Notes under the pieces: model-generated
What the model was told of the DNA's origin: nothing
What the model saw: the letters and a program-made list of their open reading frames with translations, nothing else
Database searches by the model: none
Assembly (NCBI GenBank): GCA_965203295.1
Contig: CBDBCZ010000019.1
Location: 2,144,001-2,208,000 of the forward strand
Source: Nitrospirales bacterium
Lineage (GTDB): Bacteria > Nitrospirota > Nitrospiria > Nitrospirales > UBA8639
Reading direction: 5' to 3'
DNA length: 64,000 nucleotides
In this document: positions 1 through 10,693 of the stretch, piece by piece
How the letters are laid out: every line of letters starts with the position of its first letter
Numbering within the stretch: position 1 is the first letter of the stretch
Program-made: the position numbers and the translations under genes

Positions 1-121
1 GTTCAACACCAGAACGTTCAGGTTGGCTTGTCTTTGAAGGTTGTTCGCTAGGTAGGGCTGTCGAGATTGAGACAATGAACAGCACCAACATGACCTGAGC
101 AATGTTCTTTGTGATCTTCAC
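1..121 (-). CDS. N-terminus of an exported protein continuing beyond the window edge; next gene of the pilin cluster
   Basis: GTG at 121 gives MKITKNIAQVMLVLFIVSISTALPSEQPSK..., open to base 1, signal-peptide-like, 9 bp after the pilX-like stop. Confidence 0.5.
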   Translation of the reverse strand, partial: MKITKNIAQVMLVLFIVSISTALPSEQPSKTSQPERSGVE

Positions 122-130
122 GAATTTCTC

Positions 131-1324
131 TTAGAATTCCTCTCGCCACTGAAGAACCGTGAGAGGTCTAGATTTCAACGCCGTCCTCATTCGGCAACTG
201 TCATACTGTATGTCCAGTTGTCCATCGTGATGACGAATATGGCTAGCCCAAACAGCGCCTCTGATTTGAATACCTTTGTGGCCGCCCTTAAAGGTGATCG
301 TTCCTGTACTGATGATCATTCCCTCCCAGATGACCCCTTCCCCTAAAACAACATCTCTCTTTGAGAGCAAGGTCCCATATCCCTTGGTGTTTTGAAGATT
401 GACTTCGGACGATCGAAGTTTTTGAGAATTCCCGTCATAGAGGCTCACATAGTTACCCTCATCTCCAAACTGGTTGTGATTCCCAGAAGTATTGACAGAC
501 AAAGCCTCTGATTTCAAAGCATCTAAGGTACGAGCGAGATCCACAGCTACTTGACCTTGGATAGGATTGGGAGACTCGCCGTCAAAAATGACATTTCCTG
601 AATATGTGACTTTCGAGGAGGAAAAAATAGGAGGAATCGGCTGGGCCTCTCCACAAAAATCGTGTCCACTAATCACGCTGCCGTTCCCTCTTAAAGTAAC
701 CGAGTTTCCAGCGTAGAGAGTTCCAAGTAGTTTTGGCCCTGGGTGATGAACCAGTTCTGCCACAATCGTCGTGTTTCCCCCCTCAGAGATCCCCGTAGCT
801 GTCACAACCATGACTGGGAAGAAACGGCTCATACCTCGCCCAGTAAACTGTTCAGGGACTGGCGAGTGAATATTGGGGTAGCCCCAAAAAATCTGATTAC
901 CCTGATCGTCAGGAGAATGCCTCCCTACATTGCCATCACCATCGCTGTAATGCGGGAAGTGAGCACGATGGCCGTTTTGCTCAGCATCGTATTCAGTCTT
1001 CTGTCGGATTTTGACTTGATACGACAGTTCAGATTGTAGACTTTCCATCATCCCCATCGTGGCATTTTTGTTCGATAGAGAGGAAACAACTTTGAAGGCA
1101 TCATGATCTGATTCAGCAACAGTTACAGCATGTTCTCGTAACCGTGCTCGGGCTTCTTGAAGCCCGGCCTCCGCAAAATAGAAACTTTGAACGGAGGACT
1201 TAAAGCTTTTGCTAATGGAGATTTCCGTGGTGGTCGTTTCCAAAATCGTTGCAGAGATGATTCCAACAACAACGATCAACAGAAGAGCCGAGATCAGGGC
1301 TACTCCTTTGTCAGCTGTGAGCAT
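131..1324 (-). CDS. pilX: PilX-like type IV pilus assembly protein
   Basis: N-terminal KGVALISALLLIVVVGII and the PilX-N motif SFYFAEAGLQEA; follows pilV/pilW-like genes. Confidence 0.8.
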   Translation of the reverse strand: MLTADKGVALISALLLIVVVGIISATILETTTTEISISKSFKSSVQSFYFAEAGLQEARARLREHAVTVAESDHDAFKVVSSLSNKNATMGMMESLQSELSYQVKIRQKTEYDAEQNGHRAHFPHYSDGDGNVGRHSPDDQGNQIFWGYPNIHSPVPEQFTGRGMSRFFPVMVVTATGISEGGNTTIVAELVHHPGPKLLGTLYAGNSVTLRGNGSVISGHDFCGEAQPIPPIFSSSKVTYSGNVIFDGESPNPIQGQVAVDLARTLDALKSEALSVNTSGNHNQFGDEGNYVSLYDGNSQKLRSSEVNLQNTKGYGTLLSKRDVVLGEGVIWEGMIISTGTITFKGGHKGIQIRGAVWASHIRHHDGQLDIQYDSCRMRTALKSRPLTVLQWREEF

Positions 1325-1401
1325 ATGATAGAACTTTGTCCTGATATTTCATGAATAATCAGAGGCATCATGGATTTGCTCTCAGAACTAGACTTAGCAA
1401 A

Positions 1402-2013
1402 TTACGAGCCTAGCAAATTCCTCGGAACCACCCGAGAACGAAGTGTAAAAGTCCGATATCCATTATTTTCCGGATATGTTTTATCACGATGTGCGGTTTG
1501 ACCCGTGATTGAAAAGGCCACGAGTCGGATCTCTGACGGCGAACGCGCTCCTTGTCCTTGACGGTTCAATAATTCAAACTTAAATGATTGAATGTTCTCA
1601 ACGACAGATTGTCTGCCTCCTCGACCTGTTCGTCGGCGAAGCGTGTTTGTTTTTTCGTCGAAAACGTAAACAATCCTCTCATTGGCATCTGTTAGACGTC
1701 CATTGCCATTCAAATCGGCTTGAAGGTGAAGTTCCTTTCCTTCAGCATGTATCCCATCAAAATTATTCAACGAATCATGGTCTCGGTTTACTCCCCGTGG
1801 GTCGTAGCCGGCCATTCGTATTTCACTTACGAGCAAGTCCCACGCCGCACGAACATCTTGGTACATCGCGATAATATCTTCTTGAACAATTTGACTTTTG
1901 ACCTGATGAACGTAAATGGCATAGACAACACCAACAGTCAGAACAGCTATCGAGAGAGCAAGCAATAGTTCCGCCAACGTGAAGACGTGAGTATTATGGA
2001 GAATTGGTAACAC
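1402..2013 (-). CDS. pilW: PilW-like minor pilin; prepilin cleavage Gly replaced by Val
   Basis: HV|FTLAELLLALSI N-methylation-type helix; EIRMAGYDP motif typical of PilW. Confidence 0.8.
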   Translation of the reverse strand: MLPILHNTHVFTLAELLLALSIAVLTVGVVYAIYVHQVKSQIVQEDIIAMYQDVRAAWDLLVSEIRMAGYDPRGVNRDHDSLNNFDGIHAEGKELHLQADLNGNGRLTDANERIVYVFDEKTNTLRRRTGRGGRQSVVENIQSFKFELLNRQGQGARSPSEIRLVAFSITGQTAHRDKTYPENNGYRTFTLRSRVVPRNLLGS

Positions 2014-2024
2014 AGCTCGCAGGG

Positions 2025-2477
2025 TTATTCACTTAAAATCGTGGAAACATCCACCGAATGGAGATCTTGATCCCAATGCACCATGACAGTCACTGTTTGC
2101 ATATGCTGTCCCGGAACATTGGGCTTTGATGTCGTCGTCCGTTTGAAAATCGGATAACCAGGAAATGAACCATAATCTTCCACGTGCGTGACGTTTCTGG
2201 CTTGAAATGGTTCATATCCTCCATTACGGAGATCTTCAAGCTTTTCCTGTGCCAACATGGTTCCTATGGTCAGTTTTTTGGCTACTGCAATTCCCTTCAC
2301 CGCTACGGTCGAAAGGTTAGATAGCGCTAAAAGGGCTACGCTGACCAATGCCAACGCAATCAGCACTTCAAGGAGTGACAAGCCTGAGTTTCTGGCAAGT
2401 GAAAATTTTGTGGGGAAGGAAAATCGAAAATAGATGGATCCAAGTGTTTTGACATTGAACACGTCGAGGAATTCCAT
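2025..2477 (-). CDS. pilV: PilV-like minor pilin
   Basis: G|LSLLEVLIALALVSVALL prepilin motif; LAQEKLEDLR. Confidence 0.8.
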   Translation of the reverse strand: MEFLDVFNVKTLGSIYFRFSFPTKFSLARNSGLSLLEVLIALALVSVALLALSNLSTVAVKGIAVAKKLTIGTMLAQEKLEDLRNGGYEPFQARNVTHVEDYGSFPGYPIFKRTTTSKPNVPGQHMQTVTVMVHWDQDLHSVDVSTILSE

Positions 2478-3019
2478 TAAGAAGCCGCCACTGTTACCCG
2501 GCCAGTTATGCTAACTTTGACCTTTTTGGTTCCGGACGAATTAGACAGGGTCACCGTGGCTAAGTTGGAGGCTGTGCCTCTGGGATGGAAGATCTGATTA
2601 TTCGTTGATTGAAGAGTTAACCCATGAAAGTCCGAATGGAGGTTTCGAGAAACAACCTTTTCACTTCCATCCGGTATCCCATTATTATTATCATCGTCTA
2701 AGATCCTATACTGATGCGAGTCGACAAAAGTAATGTGGTACTTATTTCCTTCCTGAACCGCCTTCATCCGCGCTTTCAGAAAATCTGATCGAAGTTGCCT
2801 GACCGCTCCATTGAGTTCAAAAGAAGGTATTTGCATTTTAAACCAGACTCCACCCAACATCCCCAATATCCCCAACAGACCAAGAATAATGACCAACTCT
2901 GTTAACGTGTACCCTCTGAAGGGGATCAACTGACGTTTCACACATTGGAATAGTGTCTTATCAGCACACACGTCTCTCTCCACATCACTTATGGGTTTGC
3001 GATTTCTCGATGCTACCAC
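2477..3019 (-). CDS. FimT/GspH-family minor pseudopilin
   Basis: G|YTLTELVIILGLLGIL; ARMKAV; IFHPRGT and VSITGRV C-terminal GspH features. Confidence 0.8.
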   Translation of the reverse strand: MVASRNRKPISDVERDVCADKTLFQCVKRQLIPFRGYTLTELVIILGLLGILGMLGGVWFKMQIPSFELNGAVRQLRSDFLKARMKAVQEGNKYHITFVDSHQYRILDDDNNNGIPDGSEKVVSRNLHSDFHGLTLQSTNNQIFHPRGTASNLATVTLSNSSGTKKVKVSITGRVTVAAS

Positions 3020-3063
3020 ATTGCCACCACTAACCCATTAGCAGGAATTTCTTGACCCCTCAC

Positions 3064-3855
3064 TTATACAAGACTGAAGTACCAGTTGATGAGTTCATCC
3101 TGAAAGAATAATGCCAGACATGCGCCAAGAGCCAAGAAAGGACCAAAAGGGATGTACTGCCCCCGACGAATCACTTTCACAACCATGATCCCAATACCCA
3201 CTATCGCTCCGACTATGGATACAATCATCAACGTCAAGAGAACTCCCTCCCAATCCTAAGAACGCTCCAATCATCGCGAGAAATTTAATATCTCCACTAC
3301 CTAACCCCTCCCTTCCGAATACGTAAGAACTCAGGCTAGCGATGGGCCAAAGCACACCGCCTCCGACAAACACACCAATCAATAATGCATTTACCATAAT
3401 GCATTTACCATGCCAATGGGGAAAATGGTGGCTGAACAAACAAGACCTATCGCTATCCCTGGAAGGGAAATCATATCGGGAATGATTTGATGTTCAAAAT
3501 CAATCAGGGCAATAACTACAAGGCTCGAGAAAAAAGCAGTATATCCCAGTGACATCCATTCCCACCCGAATGTTCCCACAATCATCACATAGCCGAGTCC
3601 ATTCACCAATTCCACAAGAGCATATCGAAAAGAAATCCTTGATTGACACTTTCGGCATCCTCCCTTTAACCAAAGAAAACTCAGGATTGGAATATTCTCT
3701 TACCAAACAATGGATTGAGCACATCGAGGACAATAGGAGGCTGGCCAAATGACGGACTCCATGCGGGGAAGACGGTGGATACACACATTCAGAAAACTCC
3801 CGATGACCAAACCAAGAACACCAACAAAGCTGAGAAGGAGCATCTTAACAGTCAT
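3064..3855 (-). pseudogene. pilD: Prepilin peptidase PilD with three lesions
   Basis: GSFLNVCIHRLP...SYCPRC...W*ENIP (TAA at 3700-3702); 14-bp tandem duplication at 3384-3411; +1 shift near 3252; GSGDIKFLAMIGAFLG and IPFGPFLALG motifs lie in different frames. Confidence 0.9.
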
Positions 3856-3968
3856 AACAGAAACAAAAAATTCAATCTTTCTTCTTTAGAATACGTAATC
3901 CCCACAATTTACTTTAAGCAAGTGGGCTGCTAACATTATCTGCATCATTCATCCTTAGCAAAACCTCG

Positions 3969-4235
3969 GTGAACATGGTGAATCCAACAAAACCCAAGAA
4001 GCGAGAAACCCTCCCCATTAAACGAAAAAGACCAGAAGCCTTAACAGAGCGAGAGCAAGAAATCCTTCAACTTATTTGGTCGGGACTTAAAAACAAAGAG
4101 ATTGCTCAACGCCTAAAAATAAGCGTTAAAACAGTAGAGGCCCATCGGGCCAATATGATGAAGAAGGTTCGGGTTTCAAATGCCGCCCAACTCCTCAATG
4201 CAGCCATTCAAGAGGGAATGATTCAAATTAAGTAG
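3969..4235 (+). CDS. Stand-alone LuxR-family HTH transcriptional regulator
   Basis: LTEREQEILQLIWSGLKNKEIAQRLKISVKTVEAHRANMMKK; no receiver domain. Confidence 0.9.
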   Translation: MNMVNPTKPKKRETLPIKRKRPEALTEREQEILQLIWSGLKNKEIAQRLKISVKTVEAHRANMMKKVRVSNAAQLLNAAIQEGMIQIK

Positions 4236-4985
4236 ACTGTTCCCCGTTTCTGGTCTTGCCTCGTTGCCGCACCACCTCATATAAAATCACTGCTGCAGAA
4301 GCTGAGACATTTAAAGAGGCGACTTGCCCTTTCATGGGAAGGGAGGCATGCCCCTGACATTTTTTCAAGACGCCAGGCCTGAGCCCTTTTTTCTCAGCCC
4401 CTAAGACCAGCGCCACTGGACCCGTTAAGTTCAGTTGAGTGTAAGATTCTTTCGCATCGGGATCTAAGGCATAGGAAGGTATTCCTTGCTCATCCAATCG
4501 TTCAATGAGTGTTGAGATATTCATTGTTCGAGCCACTCGCATGTGCTCCAAAGCCCCTGCCGAAGCCCTAGCGACGCCTGGAGTCAATCCCACTGATCTT
4601 CTAGCTGGAATAAATACACCATGGACACCGGCGGCATCCGCGGTTCGCACGATTGCCCCAAGATTCTGGGGTCTTCGATTCCATCGAGCAAAAGAAGGAA
4701 AGGCGGTTCTTGTTGTTGTTGCGCAAAACGAATGAGAGCTTCTTCATCAAAAAAATCTTTTGAAGAAACAACCGCGAGCACACCTTGGTGGTTGCCTTTT
4801 GAAACAAGCCGGTCTAAATACTGTCGAGGTCTGACAAAAACTGGAATACCTTGAATTTTTGCAAGCTTGCTTAACTCGGAATACTGCCGGTCTTGACGAG
4901 TCACAAAAATCCGAAGGAAGGGGCGTATCCCGGCACGTAGGGCTTCGGTCACGACATGCAAGCCATACAGGACCTCTTGCTCTCT
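4228..4985 (-). pseudogene. rlmB: 23S rRNA (G2251-2'-O)-methyltransferase RlmB, frameshifted (real lesion or sequencing error); start uncertain
   Basis: LYGLHVVTEAL...NHQGVLA...LLLLDGIEDP in one frame; (Q)NLGAIVRTADAAG...SLNVSASAAVILYE in another; one C missing in the run at 4668-4671. Confidence 0.8.
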
Positions 4986-6462
4986 ATCGCTTCCAACGGG
5001 TGGTGCCGTCCGGTCGGTCTTCGAGGATGATCCCGTTTGACGCGAGCTCTTGTCGAATTTTGTCCGCCTCTGCAAAATCTTTCCCCTCACGGGCCTCTCG
5101 TCGCTTCTGAATCTGTTGTTCAATCCAGTTGTCATCCGTGATTTTGTGAGTAATTGATGTCCCGGCACTTGTTCCCAAAGTCATTCCTTCATTTAACACA
5201 CGCGGAAATTGCCATTCTTTTGATGGCAGTTGCAGAGTGTCCAACGGTTCCGCATATTTCCGAAAACTCTCTATCACTTTGTTTTTGGCCTGATCTGATA
5301 ATCCCACAGAAAGCAATTTATTCACATCCCCGCGCAGGCGTTGAAATTCAGCCAGAGCTTTCGGCGTATTCAGATCATCGTCCATAGCTTGCTCAAATCT
5401 TTTTTCAAACTCTAGAAGACGAGATTCTAGCACTCCAGATTGTTCCGCTTGACTGCTTGGAGTCGATTCTTCCAATCGTTGGAACAAATCATAGAGATTG
5501 TCTAGGGCAGACTTGGATTCGGAAAGAGCTTGGTCCGAGAAATTCAGGTCACTCCTGTAATGCGTGGACAGCAGAAAGTACCTGAGCGTTTCTGCCATCA
5601 CGTGTTCCTCCAATTTGGACTTCTCAAAAATCTCTTGAATCGTGAAGAAGTTCCCTAAAGATTTTGACATTTTCTCCTCGTCAATCGTGACAAATCCATT
5701 GTGAACCCAATATCGAGCAAATTCTTGCCCTGTAAAGGCACAGGATTGGGCGATCTCATTCTCATGGTGAGGAAACACCAGGTCCTTCCCTCCCCCATGG
5801 ATGTCAAATGTCTTGCCCAAATGCTGAATCGACATGGCCGAGCATTCGATATGCCAACCAGGACGCCCTTTTCCCCAAAGACTCTCCCAACCGGGTTCAC
5901 CGGGTTTCGATTCTTTCCAGAGCGCAAAATCCATAGGGTTTCGTTTTCGTTCATCCACTTCTACCCGCGCCCCTGCGAGTAACTCCTCTTCTTTCCGTCC
6001 GGACAACCGGCCATAAGCCTTATAAGCAGCGACTTCAAAATACACATCACCATCAACCTGATAGGCAAAGCCCTTTTGGATCAAATTGGCAATCATCTCG
6101 ATGATCTCAGGCATATGCTCTGTCGCACGAGGTTCGACATTGGGGATCGTGACACGGAGGCGATTCATATCCTGGTAGTACGCGTCGATATAGGTCTTGA
6201 CGATTTCCTGCCATGGGAGAGATTTCTGTTGCGCTTTGTTAATGATTTTGTCATCAATATCCGTAAAGTTTCTCACATAGGTAACGTGATAACCCCGAAA
6301 CATGAGATACCGACGAAGCACATCGAAGACCACAGCACTTCGAGCATGCCCTAAATGGCAGTCATCATAAACAGTGACCCCACACACGTACATGCCCACG
6401 CGGTTCGCTTCGAGCGGTTGAAACGGTTCCTTTTTATGAGTCAGAGAATTAAAGATTTTCAT
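4984..6462 (-). CDS. cysS: Cysteinyl-tRNA synthetase
   Basis: YVCGVTVYDDCHLGHAR, GRPGWHIECSAM, KMSKS. Confidence 0.98.
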   Translation of the reverse strand: MKIFNSLTHKKEPFQPLEANRVGMYVCGVTVYDDCHLGHARSAVVFDVLRRYLMFRGYHVTYVRNFTDIDDKIINKAQQKSLPWQEIVKTYIDAYYQDMNRLRVTIPNVEPRATEHMPEIIEMIANLIQKGFAYQVDGDVYFEVAAYKAYGRLSGRKEEELLAGARVEVDERKRNPMDFALWKESKPGEPGWESLWGKGRPGWHIECSAMSIQHLGKTFDIHGGGKDLVFPHHENEIAQSCAFTGQEFARYWVHNGFVTIDEEKMSKSLGNFFTIQEIFEKSKLEEHVMAETLRYFLLSTHYRSDLNFSDQALSESKSALDNLYDLFQRLEESTPSSQAEQSGVLESRLLEFEKRFEQAMDDDLNTPKALAEFQRLRGDVNKLLSVGLSDQAKNKVIESFRKYAEPLDTLQLPSKEWQFPRVLNEGMTLGTSAGTSITHKITDDNWIEQQIQKRREAREGKDFAEADKIRQELASNGIILEDRPDGTTRWKR

Positions 6463-6529
6463 CGCGCTGGAGGGTATGGTGAAATTGGATTCATGGTCGG
6501 TTCTTGAAGTCCATGTGGCATTCTTCTGT

Positions 6530-7165
6530 TTACAATAAAAGTTTTACCATGACGAACCCTCCGATTAATAGAATCAGAAACAAGATGGAAAAGAGGTCGA
6601 AATACTTTTCCAGGATGAGTTTTACGGAAGGACCGAAAATTCTTAATGCTCCCCCTATTAAATAAAATCGTAGGCCACGACTAAGAATGGAAGCCACGAG
6701 AAAGGTCGTGAAGCTAATTTGCGTGGCTCCAGCGGCAATCGTAAACACTTTATAGGGGATAGGTGAAAATCCAGCAGCGAAGACTGCCCAAAAGGCATTG
6801 TCGCTATACAATGTGGAAACCTTTTCAAATACTTCAGGAGTGAACCCAGGGATATAAGCGAAAAACCACCCCGAGAGCATACTCCAAAGTCCCAACCCAA
6901 TCGCATATCCTGCCATTCCTCCCAATACCGATCCTACTAAGCACAACCCCGCAAACCCGAGAGCTCCATGCGGAACGCTCACTCCCATTGCAATAAGAAG
7001 AACATCCGGAGCAATGGGGAAAAAGGAGGATTCCGTAAATGCAATTAATACCAAAGCAGTTTTCGCATGTGGGGTGTCCGACCAATGAATAACCCATTGA
7101 TAGAGCCGACGAAAAATTACTCCAGGATGATACTTGGATTTTTCTGACTGAGAATCAAAGCCCAA
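6530..7165 (-). CDS. YqaA/DedA-family (VTT domain) membrane protein
   Basis: AFTESSFFPIAPDVLL, GFSPIPYKVFTIAAG, SRGLRF. Confidence 0.9.
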   Translation of the reverse strand: MGFDSQSEKSKYHPGVIFRRLYQWVIHWSDTPHAKTALVLIAFTESSFFPIAPDVLLIAMGVSVPHGALGFAGLCLVGSVLGGMAGYAIGLGLWSMLSGWFFAYIPGFTPEVFEKVSTLYSDNAFWAVFAAGFSPIPYKVFTIAAGATQISFTTFLVASILSRGLRFYLIGGALRIFGPSVKLILEKYFDLFSILFLILLIGGFVMVKLLL

Positions 7166-7401
7166 TTGAGACTTTTCCCTATAATACTTTCAATGGTATA
7201 CAGGCATTCATTAAGGAGAGTTCCACAAGCCAACCTCGTGGCATCATCGTCCCGCCGAATCTGCAGAGCTTGAATTGCCATCATCGGACCCGGGCCAAAA
7301 TCCCACCTTCCGAACACTCTCTGGCAACACTCTAGCCCCTTGACCAAACCAGGGGAAGGTTTTGAGACCCAATGCAGGCTTCGCTGAAGATCGCTTGGAA
7401 A

Positions 7402-8211
7402 TCATTTGCGACGTTTTGCATTGCTGCCCAAAATTTTTTTATTTAAAGATCTTTCCCACTGACACAACGCATTTATGGCCGCATGTTGAGTTAAATCTAA
7501 TCTAAGGGGGGTAATGGACACCATATTGTGTTTTATGGTTTCCAGGTCTGAGTGCTTTCCTCGTTCCCATGAAAGTTGCTGACCGGCGATCCAGTAATAT
7601 TTACCACCACGCGGATCGGTCTTTTCGATGATCGCATCCTCGTAATTGCGACGGCACAAAGTGGTTACTTTGATGCCTTGTAATTCCGACTCCAGACAAT
7701 TAGGAATATTGACATTGAGCATGGTCTCTTTTGGAAGACCATGAGCAAGAACAGTTGATGCGACCTGTTGGGCAACAATGCCGGCCAATGTATATTTAAA
7801 TGATGGGCCACCATCTAGAGATACGGCCACTGAAGGAATGCCTTTAACCATCCCTTCCACGGCAGCGGACACAGTCCCTGAATTAGCAACGTCGTCCCCA
7901 AGATTCAACCCCTGATTGATCCCAGAGATGACCAATGCCGGCTTTGTGTCTTTTAAGAGTTTTCCAATTCCCAGGACCACGCAATCTGCTGGAGTCCCAT
8001 TCACAGCATACACACGTTGTTTCCTCCGTTGAAGTCGGAGGGGTTTGTGCAACGTAATCGCGCGACCAACCGCATTTTGTGGTTTTTCCGGAGCGACAAT
8101 CCATACTTCCCCCAGATCTTTCATAGAAGAAGCCAAGACTTGGAGTCCACGAGAATGAATTCCATCATCATTGACAACTAATATCTTTACACTAGGATCT
8201 GTTAATGGCAA
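7402..8211 (-). CDS. surE: 5'/3'-nucleotidase SurE
   Basis: ILVVNDDGIHS, GTPADCV, SGINQGLNLG, SGTVSAA. Confidence 0.96.
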   Translation of the reverse strand: MPLTDPSVKILVVNDDGIHSRGLQVLASSMKDLGEVWIVAPEKPQNAVGRAITLHKPLRLQRRKQRVYAVNGTPADCVVLGIGKLLKDTKPALVISGINQGLNLGDDVANSGTVSAAVEGMVKGIPSVAVSLDGGPSFKYTLAGIVAQQVASTVLAHGLPKETMLNVNIPNCLESELQGIKVTTLCRRNYEDAIIEKTDPRGGKYYWIAGQQLSWERGKHSDLETIKHNMVSITPLRLDLTQHAAINALCQWERSLNKKILGSNAKRRK

Positions 8212-8405
8212 AGGGGAAACCTCCGCAAACTCGTTTCAACCAGGATTGAGCAGAAGAAATCTCGCTTTGGGTGGCCCTCAGACGATTCCCTGGTGTTTTC
8301 AAACCCTTCCTATTTTGAGGCGGCTAGTGTTGAGCCCTGGCGCCAATCTCGTCACACACTTTTCCCACATCAATCAATTTTTCCCCATCGTACTAGTTTT
8401 GGCAG

Positions 8406-8445
8406 AAAAATGCCCGCCCCAAAATTATATTGAGGCGGGCGTTTT
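8406..8445 (-). terminator. Intrinsic terminator after the for operon
   Basis: Minus strand AAAACGCCCGCCTCAA-loop-TTGGGGCGGGCATTTTT, about 30 nt after the forA stop. Confidence 0.75.
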
Positions 8446-8475
8446 AACCCCATCAACTGTTCAAGAACAGAGAAA

Positions 8476-9825
8476 TTAAATGTTTTGCATGAAATGGGCA
8501 ACTTCCTCAGGATTCACATCTGTTCCCATTATATCGGAGGCAGGGACAGCCGTTGATTTTTTCCCTGTAAGACCAGCCATCACCTCATCAACAATCATTT
8601 CCACTGGCATGGACATCCCACCATAGACATGTGGCCCACCCACAACCTTTGCCTTACTGTATCCATAAATAGCAGCCGCGACATCTTTCGCCAACCAACC
8701 CACATAGTTGAATTCTGGAACCACGATCAACTTGGCCTTTGTACACAACTTTCGAAGTTCATTCGTTGGGAAAGGGCGTAAAGATCTTATTTTAATCAGA
8801 CCTGCCTGAATGCCTTTCGCCGTGCACTCACGAACAGCTTCTCGGGATTGAGCAGCGGCACTTCCTGAGGCAATGAGCAAGACATCAGCACCTTCGACAT
8901 TCTGTGTCTCGATTAATCCATCTATATACGAATCAATATATTTCCGGGAACGCTCAACAGCTGCCCAGACTTCCTGTTGCCACACTGCATGGATATTGTA
9001 AGCCATAAAGTTGGACTTTTGAACTGGAGCATCTCTGGATAAACGGGCTGGTGGGTTCTCTGCATCTAGGACCGGGACCGCCCCTCTCCATGACTCACGA
9101 GGTGGCAATTTAAAACCCCGGTCTTGCATTGCACAATACCCACGGGCATGGGTGACAAAAAATCCATCACAGCAGACTCCGACGGGGAGAGTCACATCAT
9201 TTTTTTCACTAATGATGAACCCTTTCATGATGTAGTCAAACAGATCTTGCTGATTTTCAGCATGAAAGACGATCATCCCGCAATTCAGGAGATAGGCGAT
9301 TTCAATATTGTCTGGCTGGATAGCAAGAGGAGCATTGACAACTCTACAGGTAAACATAACCACCGCTGGGAGTCGATGACCTGGCCAAGACGCTATAGGT
9401 TCAAGCCCTCGAAGGGTTCCAGGACCTGCCGTAGCCGTAAAGGCCCGCACACCGGAACGAGAGGCTCCAGAAATAGCAGACATGACGCCATACTCTTCCT
9501 CCCCGCGATAGAATTCCTTCACATACCCTTCACCATACAGAACACCGATTAGCTGAAGCGTTTCACTCTGTGGGGTAATGGGATAGGCAATAGAAATATC
9601 GACATTGGACCTTCGCACAGCTTCCTTGGCCGCTTCGCTACCGGTAATAAACTCCCGTTCACGAGGTGCCTCAGAAAACATAAATTCCGGAGACACCACT
9701 TTTTGCTTTTTGGCTTCAGCATGGGGATCTTTTTTCGCAGATTGAGTGGTTGGAGCGGCGGGTGCACTGGTTATAGGATCACCTTGTGGATTGGTCTTGA
9801 CTTCTGTTTCAAGATTTTCGCTCAT
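8476..9825 (-). CDS. forA: 2-oxoglutarate:ferredoxin oxidoreductase alpha subunit (rTCA, five-subunit type)
   Basis: AYPITPQSE motif, TATAGPG, transketolase-like C-terminal domain; beta-gamma-epsilon-delta-alpha order as in the Nitrospira OGOR cluster. POR versus OGOR assignment is from recall. Confidence 0.85.
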   Translation of the reverse strand: MSENLETEVKTNPQGDPITSAPAAPTTQSAKKDPHAEAKKQKVVSPEFMFSEAPREREFITGSEAAKEAVRRSNVDISIAYPITPQSETLQLIGVLYGEGYVKEFYRGEEEYGVMSAISGASRSGVRAFTATAGPGTLRGLEPIASWPGHRLPAVVMFTCRVVNAPLAIQPDNIEIAYLLNCGMIVFHAENQQDLFDYIMKGFIISEKNDVTLPVGVCCDGFFVTHARGYCAMQDRGFKLPPRESWRGAVPVLDAENPPARLSRDAPVQKSNFMAYNIHAVWQQEVWAAVERSRKYIDSYIDGLIETQNVEGADVLLIASGSAAAQSREAVRECTAKGIQAGLIKIRSLRPFPTNELRKLCTKAKLIVVPEFNYVGWLAKDVAAAIYGYSKAKVVGGPHVYGGMSMPVEMIVDEVMAGLTGKKSTAVPASDIMGTDVNPEEVAHFMQNI

Positions 9826-9874
9826 AATAGAACCTCTCTATCAGTCTCTATAGGTGGATACCTTTTGTCCTGAC

Positions 9875-10639
9875 TTAGGCCTCACTTTGCATATTTTCAG
9901 CCTTATGCCCAAATGCTGCAGCCGATCCGCTGCCTGGGTCTCCTGGGGAGAATATCAGGGGATTGGTATGAGTTTTCCCCTCATTAGCCATTCGAGATTG
10001 ATACGAGGTAAATCGAACGTTTTCGCCATTTTCAGGTAACTTAATGCCCATTTCTTCACGAACCCGCTTAAAGATTTGAGCCACTCGACGCAGTTTGGCA
10101 GCATCTGAATCCCGAACGGTGAACATGGCATCTTCGTGCCCCTGTTCAGCACAAAGAGCAGAGGTACAACAATTGGTGCCGGCCCTGATCATCTTGAGTG
10201 AAAGGTTAGCATAATGGCAATGAACTCCCACGAAAATACACGCTTCAATTTTATTTCCCCAAATAGTTAAATTCGGATGATTCGGGTTAATCGCTTCTTC
10301 GGGTTCAACTTTAGGATATTTCGGCCGGTAGTCAGGCATAGGAATGACTAAGCCCTCAGGGATTTGGGCAGCAATTTCAAGGACGGCTCTAGCTTTTTCA
10401 GCGACATATTCATTCCAGTGCCAAAGGACAAGGGGACCCGGAAAAATGGTAGCATTTTTACCGGTGAGCATCAGTCTGGCGATCTCTTCCATCGCTTGTT
10501 CTTCTGGAACCTCACGACCGTAGCTCAATCCAAAATTCGGATTCGGAGGCAGCACTCCTAATTGAGCCGCAGACGGCGGATGAAACCCTGCAGGGCCGGG
10601 GACTATGATTCTTTCATGCACTTCTTCAGTTGCTTTCAC
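9875..10639 (-). CDS. forD: 2-oxoacid:ferredoxin oxidoreductase delta subunit (CODH-beta-like)
   Basis: PNHPNLTIW, FVGVHCHYANLSLKMIRAGT, CAEQGHEDA; operon position. Confidence 0.85.
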   Translation of the reverse strand: MKATEEVHERIIVPGPAGFHPPSAAQLGVLPPNPNFGLSYGREVPEEQAMEEIARLMLTGKNATIFPGPLVLWHWNEYVAEKARAVLEIAAQIPEGLVIPMPDYRPKYPKVEPEEAINPNHPNLTIWGNKIEACIFVGVHCHYANLSLKMIRAGTNCCTSALCAEQGHEDAMFTVRDSDAAKLRRVAQIFKRVREEMGIKLPENGENVRFTSYQSRMANEGKTHTNPLIFSPGDPGSGSAAAFGHKAENMQSEA

Positions 10640-10693
10640 AAGGTAACTCCCATGTTGCCATTCAAATCTCTAAAAATTTTCAATGCGGCATCA

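Noticed and set aside
4986..5168. Long N-terminus of the 194-aa rlmB ORF overlapping cysS
   Set aside because: Open frame inside cysS with no RlmB-like sequence; not evidence of an overlapping gene
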